Shown piece after piece: positions 11,721 through 24,672 of a stretch of 64,000 nucleotides of DNA (positions are counted from its first letter, which is position 1; every line of letters begins with the position of its first letter). The notes beneath the pieces were generated by a model. That model saw nothing but the letters and a program-made list of their open reading frames with translations, ran no database searches and was not told where the DNA came from. The translations under genes and the position numbers were made by a program. This DNA comes from Takakia lepidozioides (Eukaryota; Plantae; Bryophyta), in the NCBI GenBank assembly GCA_030704615.1, contig CM060731.1, positions 7,316,001 to 7,380,000 of the forward strand, read 5' to 3'.

Positions 11721-12054
11721 GTTGCTTTCAGGTGGGAATGACCACTGCCTTTTATTATGTCGTCCAGCTTGTTTCCGCGGTAAAGGGTGCCAATCCGCGG
11801 GAATACACTCCACTTCTTCCTGGGCGCGTGGTGACGCGGTCTTCAAGTGTGATGACGTGGAGTGAGCCCCGTGATGTGGCATTGGCGCAAGGTGACGTGG
11901 CGTGAGCGCACTTGCGCGCTCACGTGACCAGGCTCACGCCGAGGCATCCCTGGATTCACACGTTGCAGCCCTCTGGTAAGATAACCATATTCCGCTTTGC
12001 TCCCTCCTGGCCATCGAATTGCCGAGAATTGGCGGGCCTCACCAGCGTTGTTAC

Positions 12055-12965
12055 ATGAACTTCACCATCTTAAGCTGGAACATTAGAGATATAGGATCTG
12101 ATCACTCGGCTCCGAAAAGAGCCAGGATCAGAAACTGGGCCTCCAATCTTCTTAACCATTCCTCCATCATTTTTTTCCAAGAGCATAAGCTTGACCCTGT
12201 AAAAATTACTTCTCTAGGGAGCTCTATCTGGCCCTCTAATCAGATTATTGGAACCCCACGGTTGCTGACTCAAGAGGGGGAACTGCGATTTTCGTCTCTC
12301 CTCCCTTGAGCCAAAGCATACTGTCTAACGACATTTTCTAACGACATTTGGGTCCAAGGTCGTGTTGATCAATCCATCACCATGGACCTGGGCCCGTCTA
12401 CTGGGAAGGTTGGGTTGCTCAATATCTATGCCCCAAATAACGAATTAGAGCGTGTTGATCTTTGGTCCTTGTTGAGGCTCAAAACTATGCAGATGACTGA
12501 TATTTAGCACTGGGTTGTTGGAGGTGACTTTAATATGGTCGAGACAGTTGAAGATAGAGCATGTCCTAATGATCATAGCCTTTCACCCATTGAAAGAGAC
12601 TCCTGGGATTCCTTTTGCATGGCCATTGGTCTATTGGACGCCTCCCCCCCATTGCGGGATGAGCTCAAATACACCTGGTCCAACAACAACATGCAGTCTC
12701 CCAACCTTGCGCTTGCTCGTCTTGCAGATAGATTCTACTGCTCAGCCTACTTGCTGAATTGGTCAGTTGCATCTCCTATTGTTCCTATCGCCCCTGGCTT
12801 TGATCAATCTATTGTCCAGATATCCCTTCACACTCCAGGGTCTAGAGTGAGAGGTAGGAGCTTCTTTAAGCTCAACCCCTCTCTTCTCTCTGACCCAGAG
12901 GTGGTGACCACTTTTCAAAGGGCATGGTCCTCTTCTCCTCTCCCACTCTCCTCTTTCTCTCCAAA
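12055..12965 (+). mobile_element. L1-clade LINE ORF2, endonuclease part
   Basis: APE motifs ILSWNIRD, FFQEHK, NIYAPN, WVVGGDFNMV, YTWSN, ARLADRFY and FKLNPSLL. Confidence 0.9.
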
Positions 12966-12969
12966 CTCC

Positions 12970-14560
12970 AATCCTCACCAAGGTCATAGAGGAGCTCCAA
13001 TGGGCCACAGTTCTCCTTAGCTTAGTCACCACAACCTGCATTCTACGTTGTTGGCAGAGGTTTATACCAATTTGATGGCCTAGAAGCTGCATGTGAGACT
13101 CTCCCTCTTGAAGCCAATTGAGGCCAATGTCATGTCCCCAAGGATCGCAATGCGAAGAGGGTGCCTGATTTTGCAACAAGGAGAGAAGGCCAATGGATTT
13201 TCTCCAATTGATTTTCAGACCACACCCTAAGCAAAAAATAAGCCTGTAGAGCTCGGTCGATATTCTCTCGGGTGGAGTTGTCGAGCAAAAGAGTAGTGTC
13301 ATCAACATACATGGATAGTTTGACCATTTCCGGCACAAAGGTTGGCAGTTAAAGGCCCATGATGTCTTGTCTAGCTTGAAACAAATGCCCGAGCGAGTCT
13401 GCAGCAATGAGAAAGAGGAAGGGTGCAAGTGGGCACCCTTGCCTGACTGATCTAGAAATAGGGAAAGACTTGGAGATAACTCCATTAACCAGCACCTTAC
13501 TAGAAGCAGACTCCAGCCAAGACCGACTTATCTAGAAAGCAGCCAGAAGGAAGGCCCAATCTATAGAGTCAAATGCTTTCTCGAAATCTAACACGAGGAG
13601 GGCGAGGGGCTGGTTATTCAAAGAAGCTCTGTGAAGTGCTTCATGCACCAGCAAAATGTTATCAAGAATCGCGATCTTTGAGGAAACCAGTCTGGTCCTT
13701 TCTTATAATCCTAGGCAGCAAGGGTTGCAACCTTAAAGCCAATGCCTTGACTATAATTTTATAAGTAGACTTGAGCAAGGTGATGGGGCGGTAAATAGCC
13801 ACATTGTCTCTCTCTCCTTTTTGTAGATGAGGGTTATGAGGCCTTCAGACATCTGAGAAGGCATCAGCTGCTTCTGAAAGATATTATTGGCCATCTGAAG
13901 AAACTCCCCCCCAATGGTTGGCCAAAGAACCTTGAAGAATTCAATCGGCAGGCCATCAAGGCCCAGACCTTTTTTAGAAGCCATAGCCAGCACTGCCTTG
14001 CCCAACTCTTCTTCAGAAAAGGGGCGACCATCTTGGTCTTATCCTCAACAAATAGCAAACATGGGATTTTGTGCAGCAAAGTACTTCTCGCTTCTTCCAT
14101 AAGAGGTGTTTGGGGTCTCTTTTCAAAGAGCTTCATGAAGAAATCAGCAGCAATGCTAGACATCTTTTTGGGGACGGAGGAGGGCATACCCAAAATATCA
14201 CGCAAAGAAAGAATCAAGGTGGAGGCCCTACATTGAGCAGCCTTAGCAAAAAAAATATTTAGACATTTTCTCCCCCTTGAGAGACCAATTCACCCTAGCC
14301 TTGATTTTAATGAATTGTTATCTAGCATGGAGTAGCAGCGACAGGTTTTTCTTGACAGTTTTATAGGTTTGAAGGTTTGAGCATCATCCCTGCCGCTCTG
14401 TATTTGGAACTGGCAGACGTGGAGGCACTTTGTAAGTGCATTTTCTTTACGGTACGCCTCATCTGCCTTTTTCCTTGAGAGCTCCATGCAGATGTTCCTC
14501 AGAACTTAATGTGTGGGTACTGGGGACTTTGCCAACCAAGTGCTTCTTGCTTCAACATGG
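12970..14560 (-). mobile_element. Inverted internal segment of the same L1 (linker + RT)
   Basis: Minus-strand motifs GLDGLPIEFFK...EGLITLIYKK, MYVDDTTL, GLKINWRKS and LLGHQIG. Confidence 0.85.
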
Positions 14561-14564
14561 ATTA

Positions 14565-16762
14565 CTGCTGCAGTCTGGGACCCATGAGTTTACCTCTATG
14601 GTGAAGGAAATAAAGGCTCTGGTTCGGAATTTCATATAGCAAGCGCCAGTAAGAAGGGCCCTCATCTCTTGGGAATAGTTATGCCAACCCAAATCCAAAG
14701 GAGGGCTCGAGATCATTGATGCGGCAACACATATAAAAGCACTTTTGGCCAAATGGATACCCCGAGCCCTGACTCATCGCCATAGCCCCTGGAGCAAACT
14801 TATTCAACCTTATCTGATGGGAGCAATGTCCTCTTCCTCTACGTTATGGGCCCAATCTTTGTGCTGGATTGTCTACATCTATTTCCAGATCTACAACACA
14901 GCGTGGGAGGAAGCTCTTCACTGATTTTCAGCAGTCCTGGGGTAAAGATGACGTTCTCGGAACCTGCCTTCCCAACGAGCGATTTTGTTGGCAAGTCTCC
15001 ACTCCAGCCACATGGGATGTCGCCTGGTGACAGAGATGAAGGAGACTTCAATTGGAGGCACAAGAGGGCTCATGTCACAAGTTCAGAATCAATTGCGCTT
15101 TTCCGCGACGTTTTTTTGCGACGCCCCGGCGTCGCGATCCCCCGCTGCGACACCATTACGACGCCCAGCCGTCGTAAGGTGGTATGAAGGGGGAAAGAGG
15201 GCCCTCGCTGCGACGGATTTTTTTTCTTGCGACGCCCTAACGTCGGAAATCCAAAGCAAAATAAATAAAAATAAAAATAAAAATTAGATGTTGCGACGCC
15301 TCGGCGTCACTAAGGGCGCCCCAGGGCGCGCAACAGCATCACCACAATGAGAGTTTTTTTTTTTTTTTTTTTTGGTTTTGCGGCCCTCAACTTCACAAAA
15401 GCGTCGTTGGGGGCGCCCCGCGCTGCGACGCCCAACGTTGCGACGTCAGGGGGTCGCCACAGGGGGTCGCAATGGTGTTGTGGTCAGCTTAGGTTCACAC
15501 AAGGACGTCGCTTGGGGTGCCTGACGGTGGAGGGGGTACAACAACAGCGACGGGGGCTGGGGCTGGGGCTGGGCACTAAGGCTGTGGAGGTTGCAACTCC
15601 CCGGCGTCACAATAGAGACCCCCTTAGAAGGAACTTGAAGGAACTTGAAGGAAATCTTTATATATATATAGATATATATATATAGATATATATATATAGA
15701 TATATATATATAGATATATATATATAGATTATTTTTGTAATACATAGATGTAGCGTAAGTGTGTTGGTTAGTTTGTAGTGTCTTAGAAATGTTATAACGT
15801 GGAGGTCTTAGGTTCAAGTATGCGTTGCATGATATATGTAGAACAATGAACATATTGCCATTAGACAGAACCGGAGTCAATGGTCAACAAGTTTTTGAAA
15901 TTCAAAATTCAAATTCAAATTTTCCCGCCTAAATTGTACCCCCTTAAATTGTGACGTCTGGGCGTCGCACTTTGCGACCCCCGGACGGTGTTAATTTTGC
16001 ATTGCAGAGTAGTTTTTTTTTTTTTTTTTTTTTTTTTCCCGACGCCCGGGCGTCGCAAATTGCGGTTTCGCATATTTGCGGTCCCCATTGGTCGCAAAAT
16101 TGTGACGTTTTTTTGGCCCGGACGTCGCAAATTTGGTTTTTTTTCCCGCCCGAAAAGGGCTGTTTTACGACGCTGCGACGTGGCTGCGGTGTCGAAACCC
16201 CCCCCCCCCCCCCCCTCTTTTTTCCTGTAGTGTTTAGATGGCTTCCTTTTGCTGGTCTCGCCTTCTCTTATGATTCCATATGCTCTTATCGCTGGCAGAC
16301 CTTGTTATTGGATCAGCTCTTGGAGCTCTACCCCTCTTTTGCTTCCCTGTAGGAGATGAGGCCTTTGGTTTCTTTCATTTTGGCTCTGCAGCTTAGGCCA
16401 GCTAGTTATGGGACATCTGCTCTCTTTCACTTCAGGGCTTTAGCTTACGACCAATGTGTTTAAGGACTCGTTTCTCCTTCAGTCTTATCTGCATCTTAGA
16501 TTCTCTCTGTTTTCTAGTTGCTTACCAGCAATTTCCCTACGGCTTCTTCCTTGTTTCATCTCTCTCTTCTTGGCAATCTTATCTCTCTTTCTGCTTTTGT
16601 TTGTTCTTTCTAGTACGCTATGGCTTCGGGGAAGCTTCCCCTCAGTTAGCCTTACGGCCTCCCTGGTGGTTATTTTTTTCACCTTATGTGAACCGTTATT
16701 AATTTTTAATTTGATTAGAAGGGCCTTTGTTCCCTTTCCTTAAAATTAAAAAAAAAAAAAAA
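14565..16762 (+). mobile_element. 3' part of the L1 with poly(A) tail, interrupted by a CACTA-type insertion
   Basis: LISWE-LCQPKSKGGLEIID...ALLAKW is an L1 post-RT motif. Degenerate coding sequence resumes after 16232, and an A-tract lies at 16742-16762. Confidence 0.7.
15095..16232. mobile_element. Non-autonomous CACTA (En/Spm)-type fragment
   Basis: The right end TTTTTTCCTGTAGTG reads CACTACAGGAAAAAA on the other strand. Dense subterminal GCGACGCC/GGCGTCGC repeats occur in both orientations. No left TIR was found. A (TA)n tract lies at 15659-15727. Confidence 0.75.
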
Positions 16763-16977
16763 CTTGACAATGGATGAAATAACATTTTGTCTCATCCCTA
16801 AACCTGGCCGCAAGGCGAAGTGGCTCTTAGTTTAGTTACGTCGGCTTTGGCCAAAGTCTTCTCTCATTCCAATTGCCAAAACACGATCTAGTGGCACAAG
16901 GTCGTCGTATAAGTGATCAAGGGTTCAAAGCCGCATAGGTGTATATTGGATGTGGCTAGATTCCAATATATATATAT

Positions 16978-17041
16978 ACGCCTCCCGAAGGGAGCGTAAA
17001 TTATGGTGTCTCCTCACCACAAGGGCTACTACCTTCCAGCT
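16978..17041 (-). repeat. Structured short repeat copy (inverted relative to 17580-17645)
   Basis: Reverse complement reads AGCTGGAAGGTAGTAGCCCTTGTGGTGAGGAGACACCATAATTTACGCTCCCTTCGGGAGGCGT, followed by (TA)n. Confidence 0.8.
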
Positions 17042-17482
17042 AGCTTCCAACATATGGCCTAGTAGTTAGGGCACAATGTCATCATAAAAGCAATTGTGCG
17101 TTTAAAGCCACGAAGGGTTGGGTAGTGTGCGAGGACGGGACCAGAGAGGAATAATATAATCTCGAGCAATTCTAAAAATATTCTAGAGTGAAACAAAAAT
17201 ATGCTCAAGTGACAAAATTGCGAAACTATTTACAAATTAGTTCTAAGAAGATGCTACAACAAAACAAAATATGCTCACATGAAAAACTTTGCACTCGCAT
17301 GAGCATAGTGAGCTTCTTTCAAGAAATTGTCTTTGCGACTTTCGTTTTTTCTTTTCATTCGTTTTTGGCCATTGAAACTTACCAAACTCAAATGTATCAT
17401 TGTTTTAAGAGAGTTGTTTCCTAGAGTCTAGCTAGGGCTAAAGCTCACGAGTTGCGAGCTCTCGACATAGGGAACAGAGACA

Positions 17483-17648
17483 ACCAGCATGTAGCTTAGT
17501 GGTAATGGTTACATACCACGTTAGATGTGGTTGTGGGTTCAAACCACGGTCTGGTGTGTCATGAAGGTGTCCACCTTTCAGCTGGAAGGCAGTAGCCCTT
17601 CGGGGTGAAGAGACACCATAAGTTACGCTTCCATCGGGAGGCGTCATA
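17483..17648 (+). mobile_element. tRNA-derived SINE-like element with structured tail
   Basis: A-box TAGCTTAGTGG (17492-17502) and B-box GGTTCAAACC (17536-17545), followed by the three-way-junction repeat at 17566-17648. Confidence 0.6.
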
Positions 17649-18172
17649 CTTCTTTTTAAGGATTTGAGGGAGAATGTCAATGAAGGAAGCTCGATTCGAC
17701 ATTTGCGATGAAGAATAAAACCCTACTTCTTTCAGCATACAGAAGGAGGGCAGCCTGGACCAGTTGCTATGGGAGAAGAAGCATCGTGGGAATAAGCATT
17801 GACTTGGCAAACAAAGGCAAATTGTTAGTCGAAATCAAGATCTAAAAATAAAATAAATATTCGACAGTTGAGTGTCGAACTTGCCAAGGTACTACGGTAT
17901 ACTTAGGAACTTCGAGTATTCACGTGTTGCCCCCGGTTATAGATGTCAGAAATGGAGGGCGCTCGTCCATCGGGATGTACAGACACCATAATTAAGCTTG
18001 CTTATATAGATGTCAAATTTTTCCTCATTTTGTCTCACTCTACATCACTAGTGTCAAGTATGTTCGTTGAAACCATATTACACCATCACCTATTGTCAAG
18101 GTGTCCTGACACATTGTTGACCCCCAAAGTGTCCTATCACAAAAATGTGTGGACAATGTAAACTTATTTCAT

Positions 18173-18421
18173 AGAGCCCATCCCCCACAAGGGACACTAG
18201 CCGCAAGGTGAAGTGGCTCTTAGTTATGTTGGCTTTGGTTGGAGTCTTCTCTCTAACGTTTATTAGCTTATTTGATATTGGATGAAATGATGTATTGGCT
18301 CACATCGTCGTAAATATGCAAAACTGTGAAACCATTTCCTTTTAGAATATGTATGTCCAAAGGGGCAGTACCCGCAAGGAGAAAGAGGGTCTTATTTATG
18401 CTAGCTCCGGCTGGTGTCATA
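18173..18421 (+). repeat. Two structured short repeat copies
   Basis: AGAGCC-CAT...GCCGCAAGGT-GAAGT-GGCTCT at 18173-18250, and GCAGTACCCGCAAGG...GCTAGCTCCGGCTGGTGTCAT(TA)n at 18361-18421. Confidence 0.7.
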
Positions 18422-20454
18422 TATATATATATATGTATATGCATGTCCATCGTTAATCCATTTGAATCGACAAGCAACTTGACTCTCTCCATTTGATACA
18501 AGTAAACACGTTGTTCGAGCATTCCACCATAATCACAATTTTTTTGTAAAAACTATTGTTGACGCTCCATCCCCGTGATAGAAGACCACAGCCGAAGCTC
18601 ATAAAAATTTCTTACCATACTTATCTTCGGTGAGTGGACTATTTATCCTATACCTCACCATCCATATATAGCCCATATATGATAGCACTTATGGCCCTCT
18701 TTCCATATATATATATATATATATATATAATTCACGTATTGTCACGATCGATCGTACCCAAAACAAACATTTTTTTGAAACTGGAAAAATATTCTCTTTT
18801 AATCCTCGTCGTACGTCCATTTTGGAAGTACATCGAATATTACACCTTTGGAAGTACCTTGAATACTTCAAAGGTGATGACAACAATTTAGCGAGAGTCC
18901 ATTTCAGCATTTGTACCCAAAGTTGGGTAACTCATCATGCTATATTATTTAACCATCCAGTGAAACACGACATTGTCCTTTAGTAGAAGAGTAAACTTCA
19001 AACCTGACCTTCATCATGTGAAGGGGTCCGCCCGTCAAATTTAACGCCTTTTTTGATTCCCTTTCACCAGGCATATAAATATTAAAAAGAATTATTACTG
19101 TTATTACCTAATCGATAATAATGAGGTGTATGAGATGCCGATTAGTATGAGACTACCAATTAGTATTATTATCTAGTCGGTAGCCCCCGTGGATGGTCGG
19201 TGAGCTCACTTTGGATGGAGTACGGTGTGCCACCCCATTATTCCGGTTCAAAAATTTGGTGTCTTTTGTACTATGCCTCCGCGCTAGAGCAGGTGCGCCT
19301 TGCATATGCATAACCTGAGTGATCTAGGATTCAAAGTGTCCACCTTCCAATGGAAGGCAGTAATCACAAGTAAGTTCTTAAGGATGAAGAGACACCATAA
19401 TTTTTTCTTTAAATTATTTTATTATGCCTCCATGGCTCAAAAGAAAAAAATCAACATACATATCAAAATTCAATTGTATCTATACTTACAGCTGAGACTG
19501 TAGCTAGCAAAATGTAGGGAACTTGTGACTCTCATATATCATGAATTCATCGAGTGTTGATGGTCCCAATAGATGAGAAAAACCCTTCATGGATAGATCT
19601 CATCTCACTTCTATTGAAGAGTTGAGATTTTCTTACTTTGTTTTGATTATATAACTCTCCTTAGTAATGCATTGAATGTGGTCCAACCGGACGGAGGAAA
19701 TCATTGATTCATAACTAGATGTCACGGTGTGGTTTCCCCATCGTAAGCCTTCACGGCCTGTTCGGTGGTTATTTTTTCCACCTGATCCTATTCTTCTATG
19801 TACTTCTCGGACTTTGAGGCTACTGACCCTCTTTTCCAAAAAAAAAAAAAAAAACAATAGTACAACATTGTCAAAAAAAACTTGGCGGCCATGTAAAACA
19901 AAAATCAGGTTTGAGCAGTTTTTATTGTTTTTACTTTTATTTTTTGGTAAAAGGGGACAGAGGCCTAAAAAATGAATCAAGAATTACAAAGAAAAAAATC
20001 CCTTTTCTGTAGCTCAATTGGAATATAGTGAGAGAGAGAGAGAGAGAGAGGGAGAGATTCAACCAAAATTGGAAAGCTGGAGGTTCGGAATCTGTGCAAT
20101 AGACTCGGGAATGGAATGTTTCGTTACCGAATCTACATGGCTTGAAAAGATTCAAGGAACCACGAGTTTAAGGTTGACAATCGAGGAAGTCGATCCCAAT
20201 CAGTCAATTTTGTTGTTGTTATATCACGAATCTACAATATAATTTGCGGATCCGCAAGAATCTGGCAGAGAAAATTTCCTGTTGAAAGTTGACAGATTCC
20301 ACGTTTTTTCCCCAGAAATACGATAGAATATCACATTCCCGGGTGCATGGGCAGAATTTGGTCGTGGGCAGGAACTCTCTGACACGAAAGTACAAGGACA
20401 CTAGTCAAATGTACGCAACCACCAATTGTATGGGATTCTCCTGCACGCGAGGTC

Positions 20455-20692
20455 CTTGGATTGTGCAGGGACCCACTTTCTTTCCACCCAGGAAATACGT
20501 GCCTCCTCATATTTTGGACCCTGGCCTCTATGCTGCGTCTTTCGCGCAGGAATTTGATGTTGGGTTTTCTTCCTGGATTGTGCAGGGACCCACACTTCTT
20601 TCCACCCAGGAAATACTTGCCTCCTCATTTTTAGACCCTGGCCTCTATGCTGCGTCTTTCTCGCAGGAATTTGATGTTAGGTTTTCTTCCTG
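20455..20692. repeat. ~119-bp tandem duplication
   Basis: TGGATTGTGCAGGGACCCAC...GGAATTTGATGTTRGGTTTTCTTCCTGG occurs twice. Confidence 0.85.
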
Positions 20693-22129
20693 GCATGGAT
20701 TCGATGTTTGGTTCTTCCGTCGAACTCAATTCTCATCTCAGCACTCGACTTTAGTACTCCCGACACTGGCGTTGTTGGCCCCTAGGCCAGAACGTCTTCC
20801 CAGAGGGTCATTGAGAAATAGCTTGAGGAAGTTTTATTTTCATCGGATTTGAACCATTCAAACATTGATTCCGAGGTAACAGCCTTTGTGGTGCCGCTGG
20901 TAATACTCTCAGATGCAGCAAGGGTCAAGCTGCTCATATTCTCAGATGCCAGAAAGGTTTTGATCCTGCAAACATTCATGTCTCATCACTAGCAGCAGAG
21001 AGATTTTACTCGCACCCGCAGAGAGATTTCAGTAGGCACTTGGAGGTCGGTTAAGTTGTGATTGATTGGCCAAACAAATGAACATTTGGTTCCAGCAGAG
21101 TGAACTCAGTTTGGTCGCACAAGCCATGGTGCAATATACCAAAGCTTGAAGAAGGTCGGAGGACCAGTTGCACATGTCCTCCTCATTCTCAGCCTGTGTG
21201 CCCTGTGAGGATAGCACTTACCAGGCTTCACTGGCCGCTGGAGAAGGCCAGACGAGCACCTTCTGCTCTTCTAAAAAATGAGGTGAAAGAGTGATGTGGA
21301 GTTGGCGACAAATTGCTAAAATGTTTTGGCCAGGGAAACCTTCAAACATTCCTCGCGTATGATAATCCACTAAGTTACCATCTATCAGTGTAATTATAGT
21401 CGGAATCGCAGCTGATTTGGGTCGGCCAAATGCGATGTATTCCTGGACTACCGTTGCCCTTTCCATGCGTTGTCATGGGCTTGGACTGTCTCCCTGCGCG
21501 TACTTGATCGCACACTTATGGACAGCGGACTCCGATTTGCTGCCACAATTTTACTCCTTCTGATCTCTGAGTCATCACCAGCTAAGATTTTTGGGCAGCT
21601 CTCAACACTACCGCAATTTTGGACTCTACCGGGCTGTTTCTAGTCATGGAATTTTTATCATTACAACGAAACCCAAATTGGAGGTTTATATTGGGGATTC
21701 TGTCTGTGCCTACCTTCATTTACGTGTTTCAGGGTTTCTTTCTGATGTCGGAGTCCCATCGATGGCATGCGAGTAAATGGCGTATGCTGGATGAAAGAAT
21801 TGTGCTTCATAATTTTCGCTACAGGGAGGATGTGACAGGTATTCCCAGTTTCTTTGGTCCGTTTCATCAATGTTTTTGGGCTTTTGCATCTGTGCGGGGC
21901 CCTTCTTAGGAGAAATCAAGTGGCTTTCCCAGACACTTAACATACTGATAAGAACTTCTTGGCTGTGAGGCATCCAAAGTGAGGGACCTGTTGCCAGCAC
22001 CTAGCTACCCTGCAAAGCTCTAAGGATGGCTGGTTGTAGGATCAGCGTTCTTTTCCCAGTTCTAGCGAAGTTTAGTCTGCTTTACAATGATATAATCATG
22101 TTTTCTGAATTCAAAAGCCCTGGTTGCCT

Positions 22130-22535
22130 AATGCATATAAATGTGTCTGTGTGCAAGTTTCAGTGATGTCCCCTTGTCCCCTTCTCTCTCTGGTAGTCTC
22201 ACCAGAGAGACACCCCCTTCAAATCTATCAAGGGAATTGTTTCTGTACCTCTGTTTACCAACTTTGAAAATCTCGAGGTTGAGCCAAAAGCCCAGGCCCT
22301 TTTGGGGTTTAGTTATTGGGCAAATCACAAACAGCAGATTGATGTTTGTGTGAAGGGATTTCTAGAGGATATCTGGAGAACTCGGATCAATTGTCTGTTT
22401 CAAGGTAAGTCATACTACGGGCATCAGCCCCTGATTAAGGTAGTTTCTGTCCCTTTGTGTTCCGCTCAAACTGGGCGTGGGGTCAATGGCCACAAGGCTA
22501 CGGCAAACAACGTCTTATGAGTACATTCTCTCTCT
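22130..22535 (+). mobile_element. 5'-truncated 3' fragment of the RTE-group LINE
   Basis: WANHKQQIDVCVKGFLEDIWRTRIN...GHKATANNVL matches 46295-46500 and ends TTATGAGTACATTCTCT. Its first ~185 bp appear inverted. Confidence 0.85.
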
Positions 22536-24107
22536 TTGGCCACTACCTATGTCCATGAGAGTGTGATCTGTAGGAAGTCTAATCAACTGTTGGTATGTTC
22601 CAATTTTGCAGCTGAGTTTTCAAATTCAGTGGATGGGGCAAGTGAGGGGCATCTTGAAGAATGGATAGTAAAGCCAGCTGAGAAGTTGACAGCTAATGAT
22701 GAACCAGAAGAAGGCCAGATTAGATTGTCTTGTCTTGGCGAAAGCTTGGCCTGGGTTGCAACGTCCATTGCGTACGAATCGAGCTCTCCTCAGCAGCATG
22801 GCTTACATAGGATTGCGTGTTTGGAATCCTATGCACCTTTCATAAATCCCTTGGTGAACTTACTTGGAAGTATTCCGACCATGCTTTATCATCACCATAT
22901 GTCCCATTATACCTACGATGATGACCAGAAACCTGACCATTGGGATAAAGGGATTCAAGGAACCCGATCGTATGCAACTTACTCTGAACCCGACATGGGC
23001 ATGATTGGTGAAGTTAATGAGAATTTGCAACCGTCATTTAGTTCTAGGAGCCAGTGTGACAACAGAAGGTACAGTAACCTCACTCCTCTCTCTCACAACA
23101 ACCAAGAGAAGAGGTTGGGCCCCTTGCCTCGATTTAGCTTCAGACCACCATCGTCAAGGAGTACTTCAGAAACAACAAAAGCAGATTGTGGAGTTCCTGA
23201 AACATTCCACAGTGTAGGAATGGCAGGTGGCTGGTGGCTGGGTTGGCAACGTGAAAAGAAAACTGGGGCAGGCAAGGGAGAGGAAGGCATACTCAAGAGC
23301 GTATTTGGGAGGAGTGAGGGGAGTTGTTTTTCCCACATCCGATTTGCAGTCTCGCATCCAGATATTGGCACATTAGGGGGAGAACATGACGATTTGCAGG
23401 TACAGCTGCACCTCTCAGAAATCATGGAGACAAGATGACCTTAGCAGTTTTCTGAGCTGTATGTTGGAGGCATTTTTTCCATGAGAGAAGGTGCTTATTA
23501 GACTTGCATTCAGTCATAGACCCATGTGCATTTCAGTCCATCACTAAGGAGGGGAGAAGGAAAGCAGGTGAGTTCTGGGATGCTGATTTTGTAAATAAAG
23601 CTGGTTCTGGCCTTCCAAATTCCCTGCATATATCTCTAAAGAAAGCGGGAAAAGAAGGAATTAAGAAAGAAGAAAGTAACTTCATAATGTCCATAGAGGG
23701 GACGAAGTAGAACAAACCAAGAACTACTTCAGAAGAAAGGAATTTATTCTGTAGTGGGACTACAATTTCTACAGGTGAGGGGACATGTGGTACTCAAAAA
23801 TAGAACTCTTTCCGTTCAACGTCAATGTAATTCTAAGTCACCTAACCAGCCTTTCAAGTCCAGGCTTGGGATGGTGTAGATGAAGACTGATGAAAGGGCA
23901 TGTTCTAGGGCGTTCATGTGAAACGTAGTATATTAGTAATGATTTGTAACTGCATTGTACATGGCCAGCTATAACAAGAGGTTGGGATAAAGGTCACAGT
24001 GTATTCATAGACTTGGGCTTGCTAAACAGTAGTGCCCAGTTTACACACACATAGGGAAAGAAAGCACACAAGCAAGGAAGAAAAAGAAAATTAGTCTCTG
24101 GATAGGG

Positions 24108-24672
24108 AAAGAGAACGTACTCATAAGACGACGGTTTCCTGTAGCCTTTTGGCTATAGACCTCGCAGCCAGTTTGGGTGGAACAAGAGGGAACAGACACT
24201 ACCTTCGTGAGCCCCACTACAGTAGTGGGACTTACCTTGGTCTTGGTTTGGGCTTTCCAGATTTCCTCTGGAAAGCCCTTCACACAAGCGTCAATCTGCT
24301 GTGTGCGAGCTGCCCAGCAATTGGACCCCAACAGATCCTGGGCTTTAGTCTCAGTCTGAAGATTTTGAACAGAGGTGCAGGGATATGTTCTTGATGGTCC
24401 TGAAGAGGTCACTCTTTGATGAGAATACCCCGGACATTGTCTTCAGGTCGTCCACATATGGGGCATGACAATCCTCAAAGGTAGCCCAATAATTTGAATT
24501 TTAGTTTAGTGCCAAGGGTAGGTAGGCCCTTCAGATCATCCTTAAGTTCTCACCCAGGTCACAAACTGGAAACAAGTCGAGGGAGTTCTATGCCTAACTT
24601 CGTGAGAGGGAAAGAGAAAGAGAATGTACTCACAAGACATTGTTTGCCGTATCGTTGTGGCCATAGACCCAA
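24108..24672 (-). mobile_element. Two 3' fragments of the RTE-group LINE
   Basis: QQIDACVKGFPEEIWK and LPTLGTKLKF on the minus strand, with a second 3' end (GAGTACATTCTCT) at about 24615-24670. Confidence 0.8.

Noticed and set aside
11901-11945. Helitron 3' end
   Set aside because: A hairpin is present, but there is no CTRR terminus at the expected distance and no Rep/Hel sequence.
17483-17556. Functional tRNA gene
   Set aside because: A and B boxes are present, but the cloverleaf stems are imperfect and there is no clear oligo-T terminator right after. Treated as SINE-like.
22536-23438. 300-aa ORF as a gene
   Set aside because: It has a non-ATG start right after a LINE tail and no recognisable motif, so I cannot support a call.
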